Shown: one piece after another, positions 21,755-33,569 of the stretch
Numbering within the stretch: position 1 is the first letter of the stretch
Layout: every line of letters starts with the position of its first letter
IMG/VR virus record: IMGVR_UViG_3300017791_000207
Coordinates: 1 to 64,000 of that record
DNA from: a virus
Lineage: Duplodnaviria; Caudoviricetes
Strand: one strand, 5' to 3'
Length of the DNA stretch: 64,000 nucleotides
The notes under the pieces: generated by a model
What the model was told of the DNA's origin: nothing
Seen by the model: the letters and a program-made list of their open reading frames with translations, nothing else
Database searches by the model: none
Made by a program: the position numbers and the translations under genes

Positions 21755-22768
21755 TTACTCTGATTCTTGTTCTGTTTCATAAATTTCTTCTGTTTTGCTG
21801 TTTAAAACCAAATTTCTAATCTCTTCATATAATTCAGGATTATCTTCAAATAAATCTTTGACAGCACTTTTACCTTGTCCAAGTTTATCTTCTTTGTAAC
21901 TGTACCAAGAGCCCGACTTTTTAATTATACCTTGATTCGATGCTAAGTCAATCACTTCTCCCATTTTATCAAATCCAACACCCCATAAAATAGGCACCTC
22001 GCATTTACCAAATGGCTTCGCACACTTATTCTTGATTATTTCAATATTAGTTTTATTGGTTTCATTAGCCTTATCAAGGATTTTATAAAGTTTAATCCTC
22101 ATATCAGGATAGAACTTCCAGGAATTTCCTCCTGTACCCTTAGCACCTCCCATTCCACCAATATCCTCTCTAAGCTGAGACACGCCAATCACTGTACAAC
22201 CATATAAATCTAATTCGGGTTTAATCTTACGGAGAGCATCACTGTTAACTCTAGCTTCAGGTGAAATTTTAGAGTCTCCGATTTGACTATCATTCGTAAG
22301 TCTTAGTTTAGTCACCATTGCTGTATGAGAGTCAAGAACAATTAATTGTACTAAACCTGAAACAATAGTATCATAAATGAGGTTATATCCATCTTCCATA
22401 GTATTAGGTTGAGTGTACAATAGTTTATTATTATCCACCCCAATTGTTTCAGCATATTCCGAGTCATACGAATGCTCAAAATCGCATAGCAAACAGCTAT
22501 AACCTGCTTTCTGATATTCTGCAATCGCATGTAAGGTAATGGTACTTTTACCTGCTGATTCAGGCCCTAAAATCTCAATGAGCTTACCAATAGGATATCC
22601 TCCACAGTTAGTTGCACGATCAAACTGAATAGAGCCTGTACTTACAGTTTTGAAGTCCTTCTTACCCTCGGAAGCCCCAACCATAGTTCCTTTACCATAC
22701 TTTTCATTAAGGTTCTTTTGCAATTCCTCCAAGGTCTTTGCTTGAACTTGTTCTTTATTTTTAGCCAT
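21755..22768 (-). CDS. recA: RecA-like recombinase
   Basis: STGS, GPESAGKST, DFEH, SQLR, GGNSWKFY, KNKCAKPF, KSGSWY, LGQG. Confidence 0.92.
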   Translation of the reverse strand: MAKNKEQVQAKTLEELQKNLNEKYGKGTMVGASEGKKDFKTVSTGSIQFDRATNCGGYPIGKLIEILGPESAGKSTITLHAIAEYQKAGYSCLLCDFEHSYDSEYAETIGVDNNKLLYTQPNTMEDGYNLIYDTIVSGLVQLIVLDSHTAMVTKLRLTNDSQIGDSKISPEARVNSDALRKIKPELDLYGCTVIGVSQLREDIGGMGGAKGTGGNSWKFYPDMRIKLYKILDKANETNKTNIEIIKNKCAKPFGKCEVPILWGVGFDKMGEVIDLASNQGIIKKSGSWYSYKEDKLGQGKSAVKDLFEDNPELYEEIRNLVLNSKTEEIYETEQESE

Positions 22769-23433
22769 TTATATTTTGTTGTTTTAATTCTGCATATACT
22801 CTAAAAGTATCATCAAAAATATTTGGAGTTACCCAATAGTAATATTTATCATCCTCAAAAGATGGAGGAGATGCTTCTTTGATTATTTCCCATTTCATAC
22901 TACAAAGTTATAAAGAAAAATGTATTTTTCCAAGTAAAATAATTGATAATTACAAACTTTTACTGATTACCTGTAAATAATAATTCAGAAATAAGAGTTT
23001 GAATGGAATTTTGTAAATATTCTTTATTATCCGATCCCTTATCAAATATTCCTTGTAACCAAGTATTTAAATTAATGGTTACAATATGGTTATAACCTTC
23101 TGTTTTTAATTTTTTATCAAGTACGAGTGCATCAGTATATCCTAAGACTATGACTTTTCCTTCTTTGAGGTATATAAAAGACATCTCCATTTTTACAAAC
23201 TTTTAATTAGTTCTTCTTTGCTCTCAAATAATTTATATTCCTTAATAACAAGATCGTCCCCAACACCTAGAATTCTATCAAAAATATATTCAATAAAGAA
23301 GTGTTTTTCAAATACACTAAATCTAACAGATTTAATTTTCTTGTGATAAACACCATTATTGTATATAAACCAAACCTCTTGATTAGGTGCAAACTTCGAT
23401 TCTACTTCTGTTTTGTACATGGAAAAATTTATT

Positions 23434-24009
23434 TTATGGTTTTAATAATTCGATTTTGTTTTCTTCACTCAGAGAAAATGCATTTTCTCGTTTAATTTTA
23501 TCTTCAACCTCTTCCTGAATCTTAAGAAATACTTCATAGTTAGCTTTGGCAATAAGATCTTTCTTAATCACTTCTTCCATATCTTCAATCTCAAAAGTAG
23601 TCATGAAACAATCTTGTTCTTCTTTCCAAGAGTTAATGAATTTTTGCATTTCACGACAGCCACGATCATCTCTATTACCATGAATACAAATACGCTTAGC
23701 CTTTAAGCTATTCTTCGAAAGTAGGTGACTTAAAAAGACTGCACATGATGCACCCGAACCACTACCTAAGGTTTCATATACAATAGGAGTACCAACAGGA
23801 TTTAACATTACATAACGGATATATTCTTCACTAAGTGGAAAGTTAAAACTTATGAGTTCTGGGATAAAATGATTATCATTGAACCATTGTTTGAATTCTT
23901 CGTAACTTCTGATTATGCACCAAGAATTAAGTATCGGTGGGAGCTCTTTTGGACTTGTTAACCAATCTACCCAAAGTCCTATTTTATCTTCTTCTTTATA
24001 TTTTTCCAT
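23434..24009 (-). CDS. Degenerate cyclic-phosphate-processing receiver-like domain protein
   Basis: LWVD..SP, IRSYEEF, PELISF, SGASCA, IH pattern resembles the family but acidic motifs are altered. Confidence 0.4.
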   Translation of the reverse strand: MEKYKEEDKIGLWVDWLTSPKELPPILNSWCIIRSYEEFKQWFNDNHFIPELISFNFPLSEEYIRYVMLNPVGTPIVYETLGSGSGASCAVFLSHLLSKNSLKAKRICIHGNRDDRGCREMQKFINSWKEEQDCFMTTFEIEDMEEVIKKDLIAKANYEVFLKIQEEVEDKIKRENAFSLSEENKIELLKP

Positions 24010-25854
24010 TTAATTTCTCAAGTGTTTTAACTGATTCTTCATTGTATTTATCTAACAGTTTATATTCGGGTGGCAAAATGCATTTTGCTTGATCACCATA
24101 GTAAATAGGATCAGTAATAGCTTGCTTAGTCTCTTCTGTAAACTCATTGATGCCTAAATTAAAGAGAGCTTGTGTAAACCTTACATCAGGATTGTGTCTA
24201 CAATAAGTTATTAATTTTCGGATAATTTGAAAGTTTGCTTCTCTACGTGTCATTTTAATGAATTGTTATGAATGTTAACAATATGTTCTGCCGTAAGTGT
24301 ATCAATTGCTCCGCTATGTACGATATAGTATTCTTCATCCTCATCAAAGTAAAGTGGTTCTTCAGGTGTAATAATTCTACACCAACAGGATTCGCCTTGA
24401 TGACAAAATTCTACTTTCCATCTTACTTTAAGAGCAATCTCTTGTGCTTCTTTATGTGTCATGATTCTACCCATTCAATTAAAGCTGTTAAAAATTGTTT
24501 TATCTCACCCTTTGGTATTACCCAATCATATAGAATTTTAAAATCTTCTCTTGCATATTCATCAATCCAACTTCCTCTGATAGAGGTTCCCCACTCAATT
24601 TTATCTCTTAGGAAGGGCATATTAACCATATAAAGATAGGTTTTATAGTTATCCTTTATATAATCGTAAGTTTTTACATTCAAGAGAGCCTTTATCACAT
24701 CTACCATTTGTTGACCAAACTCTATAGATATTTCATCATCATAAGTTGTAAATTCGAATATATTTTCTGATACCCAATCTAATTTAGTAGTAACTTGTTC
24801 AGGATAAGCAGGAGATTCTATGTACTCCTCGTAGGCTTCTTGCAATCGTTCTTTATAGTTCATCTTCTTCGGTTATTTTAATGTTGAGAATATTTAATAC
24901 TTGCGAATAATCAATAGGAATATAATAATCTTCAGGCATCTTTATTTCTATGTAGTTTTAAAATTAATTTTTGAATCTTATCTTTGGCCGAATGGTGTCT
25001 ATCCATCATTTCATAAAGTTCATTTGTATCAAGAATAGTGCCAACTTCATAAATAATAGAAAGACCGAGCATGATATTTTCGAGTGGTAACTGACGGAAT
25101 TCATAAAACACTCTACGGAGATTCTTGGAATGACCTTTCAAAAAGTGCCTATAATGATAATCAATACCATCTAAATGGTGATACATCTTTAGCATATAAC
25201 TATACAAAGCATCATCTTGGTCAATCCATAACATATCTACAACAAACTCAAATCTCTTAGGTAGATAATCAATAAACTCCCTCTTTAAGACATCTTGATT
25301 AACTGTGCTTTCTTTGAGTTGTTCAATTGGTTTCATTCTAATTCTTTTTCGAGTAATTTAATAGATTTCTTCCACTTGATAATTAAGGAAGGAGCCTTTG
25401 GTTTATTGTTACGAAGTTGTTCTAATTTCTCGTAGATTTCAAGCTTTGTTTCTTCTACATAAAATCCTTCCTCAGATTGTTCTTCTGCATTTAACTGAGC
25501 ATTTTTACGAGATTTCCACCTGTCATAGTATTCCATATCTAATAAGCTGTTGATGAAATAATCATAGGTTCTATCGAAGGTGTTACATATTCTCGGAATG
25601 TCATATAGAAAGTACCATTTTCAGTTTCATCTTCAAATCTTATAGCATTGTTATCCCACTCAGATTCAGGTACTTCATCTATACTATCAATTTCATCAAT
25701 ATACGCAGAGCCTACTTCATTAAGATAAAATTTAAGACAAGATAACAAATCATCTGCTGTTACCCAATCAGTTTCTCCGTTTGATTTAATTTTAAATATT
25801 TTCATTGTAAATGTTTTGTTTAATTCCTTACAAAGGTAATACCAATTTTTCATA

Positions 25855-25884
25855 AAAACAAAAGGTGAGCCATAAGACCCACCT
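25855..25884 (-). terminator. Intrinsic terminator
   Basis: On - strand AGGTGGGTC-ttat-GGCTCACCT followed by a T-rich tail; TACCTTTG promoter box follows at 25831-25838. Confidence 0.7.
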
Positions 25885-26110
25885 AAAGTTTTGTTAATAA
25901 AGAAATACTAATCCCATTCTAAGATTTCATGTGGTTGGTATTGCTGTTTTAACATCTCTAATTCAGCATAGAACTCATGTTTATCTTGACTCTTAATTTC
26001 CTTTGCTATATAGTAAGAACCTCTTTCAGTAATACCATACACTAAAGCAACTCCATAACCATTAAATTCATTACCTAAGTCATAGGTATCTATTCCAATG
26101 TAGTAATTCA

Positions 26111-27000
26111 TTATTTGATAGGACAAGCTCCACCCGCGCAATCTTCAATTTCGAAAGAATCTTCGGAAACTTCAACAGAAGTGATAGGTTTTGTACCAAT
26201 TATTTTCTGTTCATACTGTTCTTTGGTAATTGTTTCATATGGAGCTTGATTAAATCCATGTCCATGATAAAGGAGAAAAGAAACAGTTTTCATTTCAGTA
26301 GGAAAAAACTCTTTCAAATATTCCTTAATTTCAGGTAAATCTTCTTTTTTATAATACACAGTACAACTAACAGAATTATCTGACCATTCTCGTTGCATTT
26401 GACGTACATTGTCTAACTGTTCTTTCCAAGAGAAATTGGCAGCTACAGGAGTAGTTTCAGGTAATTTACATGGAAACTCAACAACCATTGTACTTTTATC
26501 TACAGAACCATCAAAACCTATTTGAGGTTCTACATGATAACCATGTGATCGGCATACTTCTACCAAGTTAGATTCAGAAGAAATACGAATACGACGAATA
26601 TAATAAGGTCCTGCGGGGTTAGGATGAATGCCAGGAGTTACGCCTGCCAAAAGACTTAAACTACCAGAGGGTTTAACAGTGGTTAATTTAATTGATTCAT
26701 TGAATCCTTTCTGTTTAGAATATTCTTTATCATAAGCTCTTAACCAAATATAAGCATCAGATAACCAACTTCTTTGTTCTTCCGTTGCTTGTAAAACGCC
26801 TGTCATTCCAATCCCCATTCTCATGTTCTTATTAACTATATCCTGAGTCACCTTTAATGAGGATTTCAATGTCAAGGAGTGCTTATTCATTCTATATGCA
26901 TATGTCAAGACTTTTTTCAACTCTTCATATGAAGTAATATTTGGTAAAAATACCTCTGCAAGACAGCAAGTTTCACCATTATGTAAACTTTGTTCGGCAC
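26111..27000 (-). CDS. nrdJ: Class II (B12-dependent) ribonucleotide reductase, exon 2
   Basis: Reads (C)AEQSLHNGETCCLAE..RMGIG..TTVKPSGS..SDNSVSCT..QAPYE..C-terminal CAGGACPIK. Confidence 0.9.
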
Positions 27001-27190
27001 CATTTATGTTAGCTGCAATTTCATTTTGTTATTGTTGCAGATCGGACTATACCACAATCTTTGTAAGATTTCCCTTGGTAGTCTCTAGCACCTCGCCATT
27101 ACGCTTGTGTGTCGGGATTGACTGCTTCCAGTGTTTCCCCGATATTCGGGATTATTCAAAAGTAGTCACCTACTTAGGCCGCTATGCTCA
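27001..27190 (-). ncRNA. Group I self-splicing intron, 190 nt, no ORF
   Basis: Removal restores AAT CCG T|GT GCC GAA (NPCAE) and a 640-aa frame. 5' exon ends in U paired with G in P1 (CCGU^UG-agca-UAGCGG); intron ends in G; P7 strands AGAGACUA and UAUAGUCC present. Confidence 0.9.
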
Positions 27191-28223
27191 ACGGATTATA
27201 TACAACTACCTCTTGATCAGGATACTGTGTCTCTCCTGTTCTACCAATTTCTCGACTTAATTTAAGGTTGATTAAGCCATACGGTTCACCTTGGTTATAA
27301 GTATCCCAAAATTCCTGGGGGAGATGATATAAATTTTCAGGAGAAGCAATTGAATTGTTACTCATTGCCCTCCAATTAGGAATAGAACCTAAATCCCATC
27401 TTTTCGCCTTTAGATATTCTAAATCATCGTAATCACCAATAGCAATTTGAGCAGAACGTCTTACATTTCCCGCAACTACCACAGCACCAATAATATTCAT
27501 AATGTCCAAGCAATCAATAGGTTTTAATTTTTGATTAGCTCTTGAATTAAGAATTTTATGAATTTCATTAATACCCCAACAAAGATCTTCAGGACCTGAT
27601 GCAGTACCACCAAATCCTTTAATAGGAGCACCCTTGCCACGTATTAATTGTGTAGAGTAAGTAAATCCTTCACCATTGTAAAAATGTGCCTTTAAAGTCT
27701 TTCCTAAAAGCTTTACCCAACCTTCTCTTGTATCAGGTACAATGTAATCAGCATTTGCATTATCTACTCTTTCAATTTTAATACGTTTCTTTAACTTTGG
27801 TAATTGATAAACATATTCTCTCTGAATATTATAACCCACCCCTGAACCGACCATCAAAAGCTGCATCGCCCAAGTAAAAGGCTCTATTGGAGAATCGATG
27901 ACAATTCCTGCACAATTTTGAAGAGAATTCAATCCAATTTTATCGACTGTCTTGGTACCCAACTGCCACATAAATCTTCCTGCCACACTAAATTTCAGGT
28001 TTAATCTTAATCTTGCATACTCTTCCTTCTCTTTATCTGTAAATCCAACCTTTAATTGTTTATCAGAGGCTTCAATTTCTCGTTGTACTACTTGCCAAAA
28101 TTCTTCTGTCTTAGAACCAATATCATCTTCCTTCAGTCGCCTTGCATAAGTTCTTTTAAAAGTTATATATCCGATTTCTCCCCATGGAGTTTCAATCTCA
28201 TTTTTCAATTTGTCTAATTGCAT
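27191..28223 (-). CDS. nrdJ: Class II ribonucleotide reductase, exon 1
   Basis: FKRTYAR, AGR, LQNC, GSGVG, DTREGW, GFGGTASGP, VVAGNVRRSA, SNNS, GEP..N, ending YNP. Confidence 0.9.
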
Positions 28224-28313
28224 TAAAAGTGTATTTTCGTTATTTTAAAGGGCAGCAAAGATACTCTAATTTCATCTTTTAACCTAATATAAGGTAAAAT
28301 AAATCTTACTTAA

Positions 28314-29240
28314 TTAGATTAGTTTCATTCTCTTCTTAAGATGTTTGGTTATTTTCTTGGATTCTTTGATGATGTAATCTCGGAGTGGAATTTTCTCATC
28401 TTCTTCTCCTATTTTGTTCACATCATAATCTCTACCATCATTATCAGAGTCCCAAACTATCACTCCCATAAATTTAATATAGGAGAAAGTACCATCAGCT
28501 TCAAATGAAAAAGGTATCCAATGATAATGTGCTATATCATCAATCCAAGACTCATTATTCAAATCTTCTACTACTTTTAAAGCTTCTTGTTCTATTGGTA
28601 ATTGCATAGGAATGGGTGTTATTTTTTGATTTTGTTGAAATAGTTCATCTACTGATAATCTTGGGATTTTAATATGATAAGGATTTTGTTCATAAGGATA
28701 CCAAGGAGTAATTGTTGAATTTCCTGTTAAAGATCCTTTGAATTCCACCATTGTTACTTTTGATTGATTATCGGTATTTATTCCAACGTTCTTTAAAGCT
28801 TCCTTACATTCTTTAGGTTTAGTGATATCCATTTCTACCCAATTGATAGATGTTTTCGAATCTTTATATGGTATTTTGGTTGGATTCTCACCTATATTTA
28901 AAAGTGGATTATCCTCTTTTTCTTCCTTCATAAGGTCTAATTCTAAGCTACATAAAGCATTCCAACAGAATTGTGCCATATGACGAATTTTAGGATCATA
29001 TTCAGCCATATCTGCATTAAATGTTGATGTTTCGCTTTCTAATAGATGTCTGAGAGCTGCATTTCGGAATTCTATTTGTCCATTTTCTACTCGTGACCAA
29101 TTCATCCAATCTGTGTCGTGGGGGTATTTTCTATTTCCTGCTCGACTACACCTAATAACCTCCTGTAAGGCTCTTGGAAATTGCTTAAATAAAACTTGGA
29201 AATAGGGTAGTTTACCTTCTGAGAATTTTTGTCCTATCAT
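28314..29240 (-). CDS. dATP/dGTP diphosphohydrolase-like domain (DUF5664-like) fused to an unknown C-terminal region
   Basis: KF..GK, G..KY..NW, AALRHL, HMAQFCWNAL in the first 100 aa. Confidence 0.65.
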   Translation of the reverse strand: MIGQKFSEGKLPYFQVLFKQFPRALQEVIRCSRAGNRKYPHDTDWMNWSRVENGQIEFRNAALRHLLESETSTFNADMAEYDPKIRHMAQFCWNALCSLELDLMKEEKEDNPLLNIGENPTKIPYKDSKTSINWVEMDITKPKECKEALKNVGINTDNQSKVTMVEFKGSLTGNSTITPWYPYEQNPYHIKIPRLSVDELFQQNQKITPIPMQLPIEQEALKVVEDLNNESWIDDIAHYHWIPFSFEADGTFSYIKFMGVIVWDSDNDGRDYDVNKIGEEDEKIPLRDYIIKESKKITKHLKKRMKLI

Positions 29241-29886
29241 TTAGTCTAAATTAAAGTGTTCTGAAATAAATTCATCTAAATATTCTTCTAAACATGTTCC
29301 ACCATTGTAAAATACAGCACTATAATCTATAGTATCTTCTGATATTTTAAATGAAGACCCTCCATCCTCATCATTTAAGGAGGAGTCATTTAATTTGAAT
29401 AAATATCCGTCCTTGAAATAAAAGGCATCATCGGGGTTATCATAATACCTATATTTATCTGCTATAAAATTTCCTATATCATCATCCGATTCTATTTCAT
29501 CAATTCTTCTATCAATGATATGTTCTTTCAATTGCTCTTTTGTTTCTACTTTACCTAATAAAGTAAGTGTCCCTTTATGAAATTCTGTTTGTGACATACT
29601 ATTAAAATATTTTGTATTTAAGATAAGTAAATAACCCCAATGTAAGGATAATCAATATAAAATAGATAATCTTATGGTTAGGGTTTGGTAAGTTTTGCTC
29701 AGGTAATAGCGCGCTCATGATATTTGGTAATATTCAAATTTACAATAGTCTTCATTATATCCCATGTCTGCATCCTTTAGTACTTTTATAATATCCTCTC
29801 TTGTTGGAGGAGTATGAAACTCTTGGTGCAATACCACAGGCTCTTCAGGTAATCCTGATCTATCTACTTCTATACAGTATATCATT

Positions 29887-30930
29887 TTAACTTCCAATTT
29901 TATGGTGACAAAAACCTTTCTTATCGAAGGTACTTCTACTCATATCCCATTTACCTGTTGACTTGTGCCATTCAATTTCTTCTACTATTTGTTTGATACC
30001 TTTGTAAGTTCTACCATTGTGTGTAAATCCTGTCCAAGGTGTATCAATCCAACCAAATTCAAATTGGTGTACAATAGTATCATAAAGACCTTTATCATCT
30101 AAGGCAACATATTTAAAAGGTTCTACAGTATATTCAGGATAGAATTCCTTAGCCCATGCTTGTACTCCAAGTTCATATAGGAAATTTTGAATATGATATC
30201 TCATCTTAAGGTAGTTATAGGAGAATTCTTGCTCATCATTCTGACCTGTTACTTTCCAATCAAAGTCCTTAATCACCTTATTCTCATGATCCAAATTAAT
30301 ACGGTCAATCAACACTCTAAATGTAATTCCTTCATATTCGAATTTAATTGGAACTTCATTAAGGCACTCTTTATGGTTAAGTATTCCAGGTTGAGACTCA
30401 CGAGCTTTTTGAATAACCCTTTCCATCAAGGAGAAGTCTTCAAGAGTTACAATCTGTTTACCATATGAATTCCTAAGTTCTTGATAATAATCTTCTCCAC
30501 CATCTTCAATCCAACTTTCAATAAATTTTGGAAGTTTACTTTGTTTAATTTCTGATAAAACATATGCTTCTTCACAAATAGAAGCAAAATCTCCTGCAAA
30601 TTCTCCATCTTTAGTAGAATCCCTTAATGTAAGGTTCATCAAATGATTGGTAAATGTAACTTTTTGTGGTGCAGGAACTTTAGTAAGGGAGGACAGATAA
30701 AATTTTCTTTCAAAATCTTCTTCATCCTCAGCAAGTTTGGCATGCACTAACAAACCTACTCGAATACTATTCGTATCGTCTTCCTCATCATTTATTCCAT
30801 CAATATACTTCTTTCTAAAACCTCTTAAAGTTTTCTTGGTGAAGTCTGCCAATAGGGAGTAGTTATATGCTGTTTTATCAGCACGATATTCCTTCTCATT
30901 TTCATATAGTCCTAAAAATTTTAAAGACAT
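29887..30930 (-). CDS. PD-(D/E)xK exonuclease (exonuclease VIII/DUF3799-like)
   Basis: NYSLL, GLLVH, EVPI, LIDRI, DWKVT, YHIQ..LY. Confidence 0.75.
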   Translation of the reverse strand: MSLKFLGLYENEKEYRADKTAYNYSLLADFTKKTLRGFRKKYIDGINDEEDDTNSIRVGLLVHAKLAEDEEDFERKFYLSSLTKVPAPQKVTFTNHLMNLTLRDSTKDGEFAGDFASICEEAYVLSEIKQSKLPKFIESWIEDGGEDYYQELRNSYGKQIVTLEDFSLMERVIQKARESQPGILNHKECLNEVPIKFEYEGITFRVLIDRINLDHENKVIKDFDWKVTGQNDEQEFSYNYLKMRYHIQNFLYELGVQAWAKEFYPEYTVEPFKYVALDDKGLYDTIVHQFEFGWIDTPWTGFTHNGRTYKGIKQIVEEIEWHKSTGKWDMSRSTFDKKGFCHHKIGS

Positions 30931-31081
30931 TCTTCTACCTCCGTTATTTTATAATCATCAACATTAAATTTTATATCTTTTGGAGCAAATAAACTTAATT
31001 TGTCTCTCACTTCTTCGTAGGTTTCTCCGTACAAGTAGGTAACCTCTCCAAAAGCCTCTATTCTAAATAATTTTGTTTCCA

Positions 31082-31534
31082 TCATTTTAAATTCGATTTA
31101 CGACATTTTATTGACAACCAAGCGTTTAAACAATTACTTTTAAATAAACATTCTTCTTGAATAATCCATTTGGCCTCAGCGTAAGATAATTTACTTTTGG
31201 TTTCACACATTTCAAGTATTTCAAACAGAAAACTTTCTATACCAAGGTCACAAATAAGACTTTTAACATCAGATGATGAACTTAGATATTGTCGCCAATC
31301 AGATTCAGAAGTTTGTTTCTGTTTTTTTATGCGCCTACCAACTCCACTATAAGCTTCCGCAGCAGCTTTCTTACTCAACACTTTAGTTCTTGTAGAATAA
31401 AAACTCTTCATACCAATATAAAAAGGCCGATTACCATCTTCGAGAGGTACCAAACAAGTAATTCTATATACAAAACCAAACATACCTTCAGGAGGTTCTT
31501 CAAGTGGTAATCCTTGGTAAATCCATTTCGACAT
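31082..31534 (-). CDS. GIY-YIG-like endonuclease
   Basis: GFVYRIT...FYIGMK, W..Y.SS, FEILE, E...I, N. Confidence 0.7.
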   Translation of the reverse strand: MSKWIYQGLPLEEPPEGMFGFVYRITCLVPLEDGNRPFYIGMKSFYSTRTKVLSKKAAAEAYSGVGRRIKKQKQTSESDWRQYLSSSSDVKSLICDLGIESFLFEILEMCETKSKLSYAEAKWIIQEECLFKSNCLNAWLSIKCRKSNLK

Positions 31535-31830
31535 CAGTAAGCGATATTATTCTCGTCAAGTAATTCTTTTAGATTTTCTATATCTGTTTCCAAATCTCGT
31601 ACCTCGTCTTCCAATTCTTCAATCTCTTCCTTTTGACTTTCAATGGTTTCTTCTAAATCTTCAATTTGAGATTCAAGTTCTTCTACTTCTGAATCAATAT
31701 CATCTGAATCAGGTAAAATTTCTTCCAACTCTAATAGCCAATCATATTTAGACCTTAGTTCAGGATAGCCTCTCCAATTAGGTACAATACCAAGTTTTTG
31801 TTCAATCCTATCTACTATATTATCTTCCAT
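31534..31830 (-). CDS. Acidic coiled-coil protein
   Basis: Heptad E/D-rich repeats. Confidence 0.5.
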   Translation of the reverse strand: MEDNIVDRIEQKLGIVPNWRGYPELRSKYDWLLELEEILPDSDDIDSEVEELESQIEDLEETIESQKEEIEELEDEVRDLETDIENLKELLDENNIAY

Positions 31831-32109
31831 TATTCAAACATTTGTTTTAGTTCTTGAATAAAATCCTTATCAAGGAAAACTTCTAAGGGAACACTATCTA
31901 ATATTTCGTCTATTTCCATTATTTACTATGCTTTTTAATAAGTCGTTTAAAATATTCAATGTGTTCAGAGTCACATTCTGCTCCATACATAGCAACTCCA
32001 AGTTCGCTTGCAAGAGCCATTAAAGATACTTCCAAAGTAATTTCCTCATTTGTAGTAAAATTCATTTTACCTGATGGAAACTTCGAACTTTCTGTTTCAT
32101 TTGTTATAT

Positions 32110-32466
32110 TCATGATTTGATTATTTTAACATTTACATCCCAATTACCTAATCCCCTTGATACTATCTTTTTAAGCGCGTTTCTTCTAGGCTGTCCTAAG
32201 CCTTCTGCTAAATCATACATTATTTCATCACCTTCATAGATTTCCTTTCCGTAAATATCTTTCTCTCCTATAAATTGACCAACTGTCTCAGGATCAACTT
32301 CAACACATGGTCGACCCAGAAATTCAGTTTGGGCAATATAGCAAATCATTTCCTGAGAAGGTGGCTCAGAATAGCCGTTCATCTCACAAGGAGTCTCCCA
32401 ATAATGACCATAAGCATATTCCCCATTGTCTAGTCTTTTGGCTCTGAATTTAATCTCTTTTTTCAT
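32110..32466 (-). CDS. YopX-family protein
   Basis: EIKFRAK, VDPETVGQF.G.KD..GKEIYEGD. Confidence 0.85.
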   Translation of the reverse strand: MKKEIKFRAKRLDNGEYAYGHYWETPCEMNGYSEPPSQEMICYIAQTEFLGRPCVEVDPETVGQFIGEKDIYGKEIYEGDEIMYDLAEGLGQPRRNALKKIVSRGLGNWDVNVKIIKS

Positions 32467-32492
32467 TAAATATTTTTACAAAGGTAAATAAA

Positions 32493-33488
32493 TTATTTCT
32501 TAATTCCAAAGCCATTATCAACTAAATAATGGTAAACTCGTGTTAAATCATTTTCAAAGTTGAGAATGGATAGTACTGATACTGCATTATAACCTTTATT
32601 ACATTCAAATATAGAACCACTGGAAAAAACATACAGAATATTTTTATCAGTATCAACCATTGCTGAAGACTTAGATGAAGTTTTACCAGGTCTTTTTAAG
32701 CGTACATTTCTACCTCTACTACCTTCACCAACTTCCCATCCATTCTCTACCAGAATACTAACTAAATCACCTTCTTCTGCATAGTGTTCAAAAGGAGTTT
32801 TTGACCACTCTATATTAGATTCATACTTAGGTTTAGGCTCTAACTCTCTCACTTCATTTAAAGACCTGACAGCAGCAATCATGTCATCATATTCCTGTTC
32901 AGAAAGTTCACCAATTGTACCATATATTGGTTTATATCCTTCAGAAGGTGCAATTAAGAAATATCCTCCTGCATCTTCACTAGTGCCACTTCTACTCTCT
33001 ATCAAGCAAGCGGATGCATTATTTAAGGCTATTTTAAGAGCTTTAGGTCTTGTCTCAGGATCAGCATAATTTTCTAGATAGGTAATATGCCTTTCTTCAG
33101 GAGTAGTATATCGAGAAGCAAGTTTTTCATTGCCAAATAACCTTGTTGCAGGTACTTTCCATACAAGATGATAACCATTATTTTGAGTGCTCTGAACATA
33201 AGCTTTTTTAAGAATTGAATTTGGTATCACTTCTTTAACTCTATCAAATAAGTCTCCTGTTAGGTCTTGCTTACTATCAACATCCAAACAGAATACTCTC
33301 CACATCCCACCACATAACATTGCTACACCCTCACATGATTTAAAGTATTTCTCAATTTCATCAGGAGATGGTGTACGCCTTTGAAAAGTTCTCCAATTAC
33401 CTATTGAAGGAATCTTATTCTTGGTAGTTGGTATAACACAAAATCCCTTGGCTAAAAATTCACTTGCTGTCTTTACGTGGTTAGGCAT
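32493..33488 (-). CDS. Bifunctional primase-polymerase (PrimPol) domain protein
   Basis: GFCVIP..K.P..W, LDVD, TQNNGYHL, E.R..GGY...PS.GY, RPGK; ATG 33488 follows a promoter box at 33509-33516. Confidence 0.8.
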   Translation of the reverse strand: MPNHVKTASEFLAKGFCVIPTTKNKIPSIGNWRTFQRRTPSPDEIEKYFKSCEGVAMLCGGMWRVFCLDVDSKQDLTGDLFDRVKEVIPNSILKKAYVQSTQNNGYHLVWKVPATRLFGNEKLASRYTTPEERHITYLENYADPETRPKALKIALNNASACLIESRSGTSEDAGGYFLIAPSEGYKPIYGTIGELSEQEYDDMIAAVRSLNEVRELEPKPKYESNIEWSKTPFEHYAEEGDLVSILVENGWEVGEGSRGRNVRLKRPGKTSSKSSAMVDTDKNILYVFSSGSIFECNKGYNAVSVLSILNFENDLTRVYHYLVDNGFGIKK

Positions 33489-33518
33489 ATTTAAATTCAA
33501 TTGTTTCACAAAGATACA

Positions 33519-33550
33519 AAATCCCTCCATAATTTCTTACAGAGGGATAA
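33519..33550 (-). terminator. Intrinsic terminator after ssb-like gene
   Basis: ATCCCTC...GAGGGAT stem followed by TTT on - strand. Confidence 0.55.
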
Positions 33551-33569
33551 AGTTTAAGGTTAGTTTAAC

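Noticed and set aside
27006-27260. 84-aa + strand ORF
   Set aside because: Antisense shadow of the group I intron and RNR exon 1.
26111-28223. RNR as a two-gene split enzyme or pseudogene
   Set aside because: Precise intron removal restores one 640-aa frame with NPCAE.
28314-29240. Z-genome (2-aminoadenine) or deazaguanine DNA modification pathway
   Set aside because: No PurZ, DpdA or Que-like genes in the window; the radical SAM gene has viperin rather than QueE motifs.
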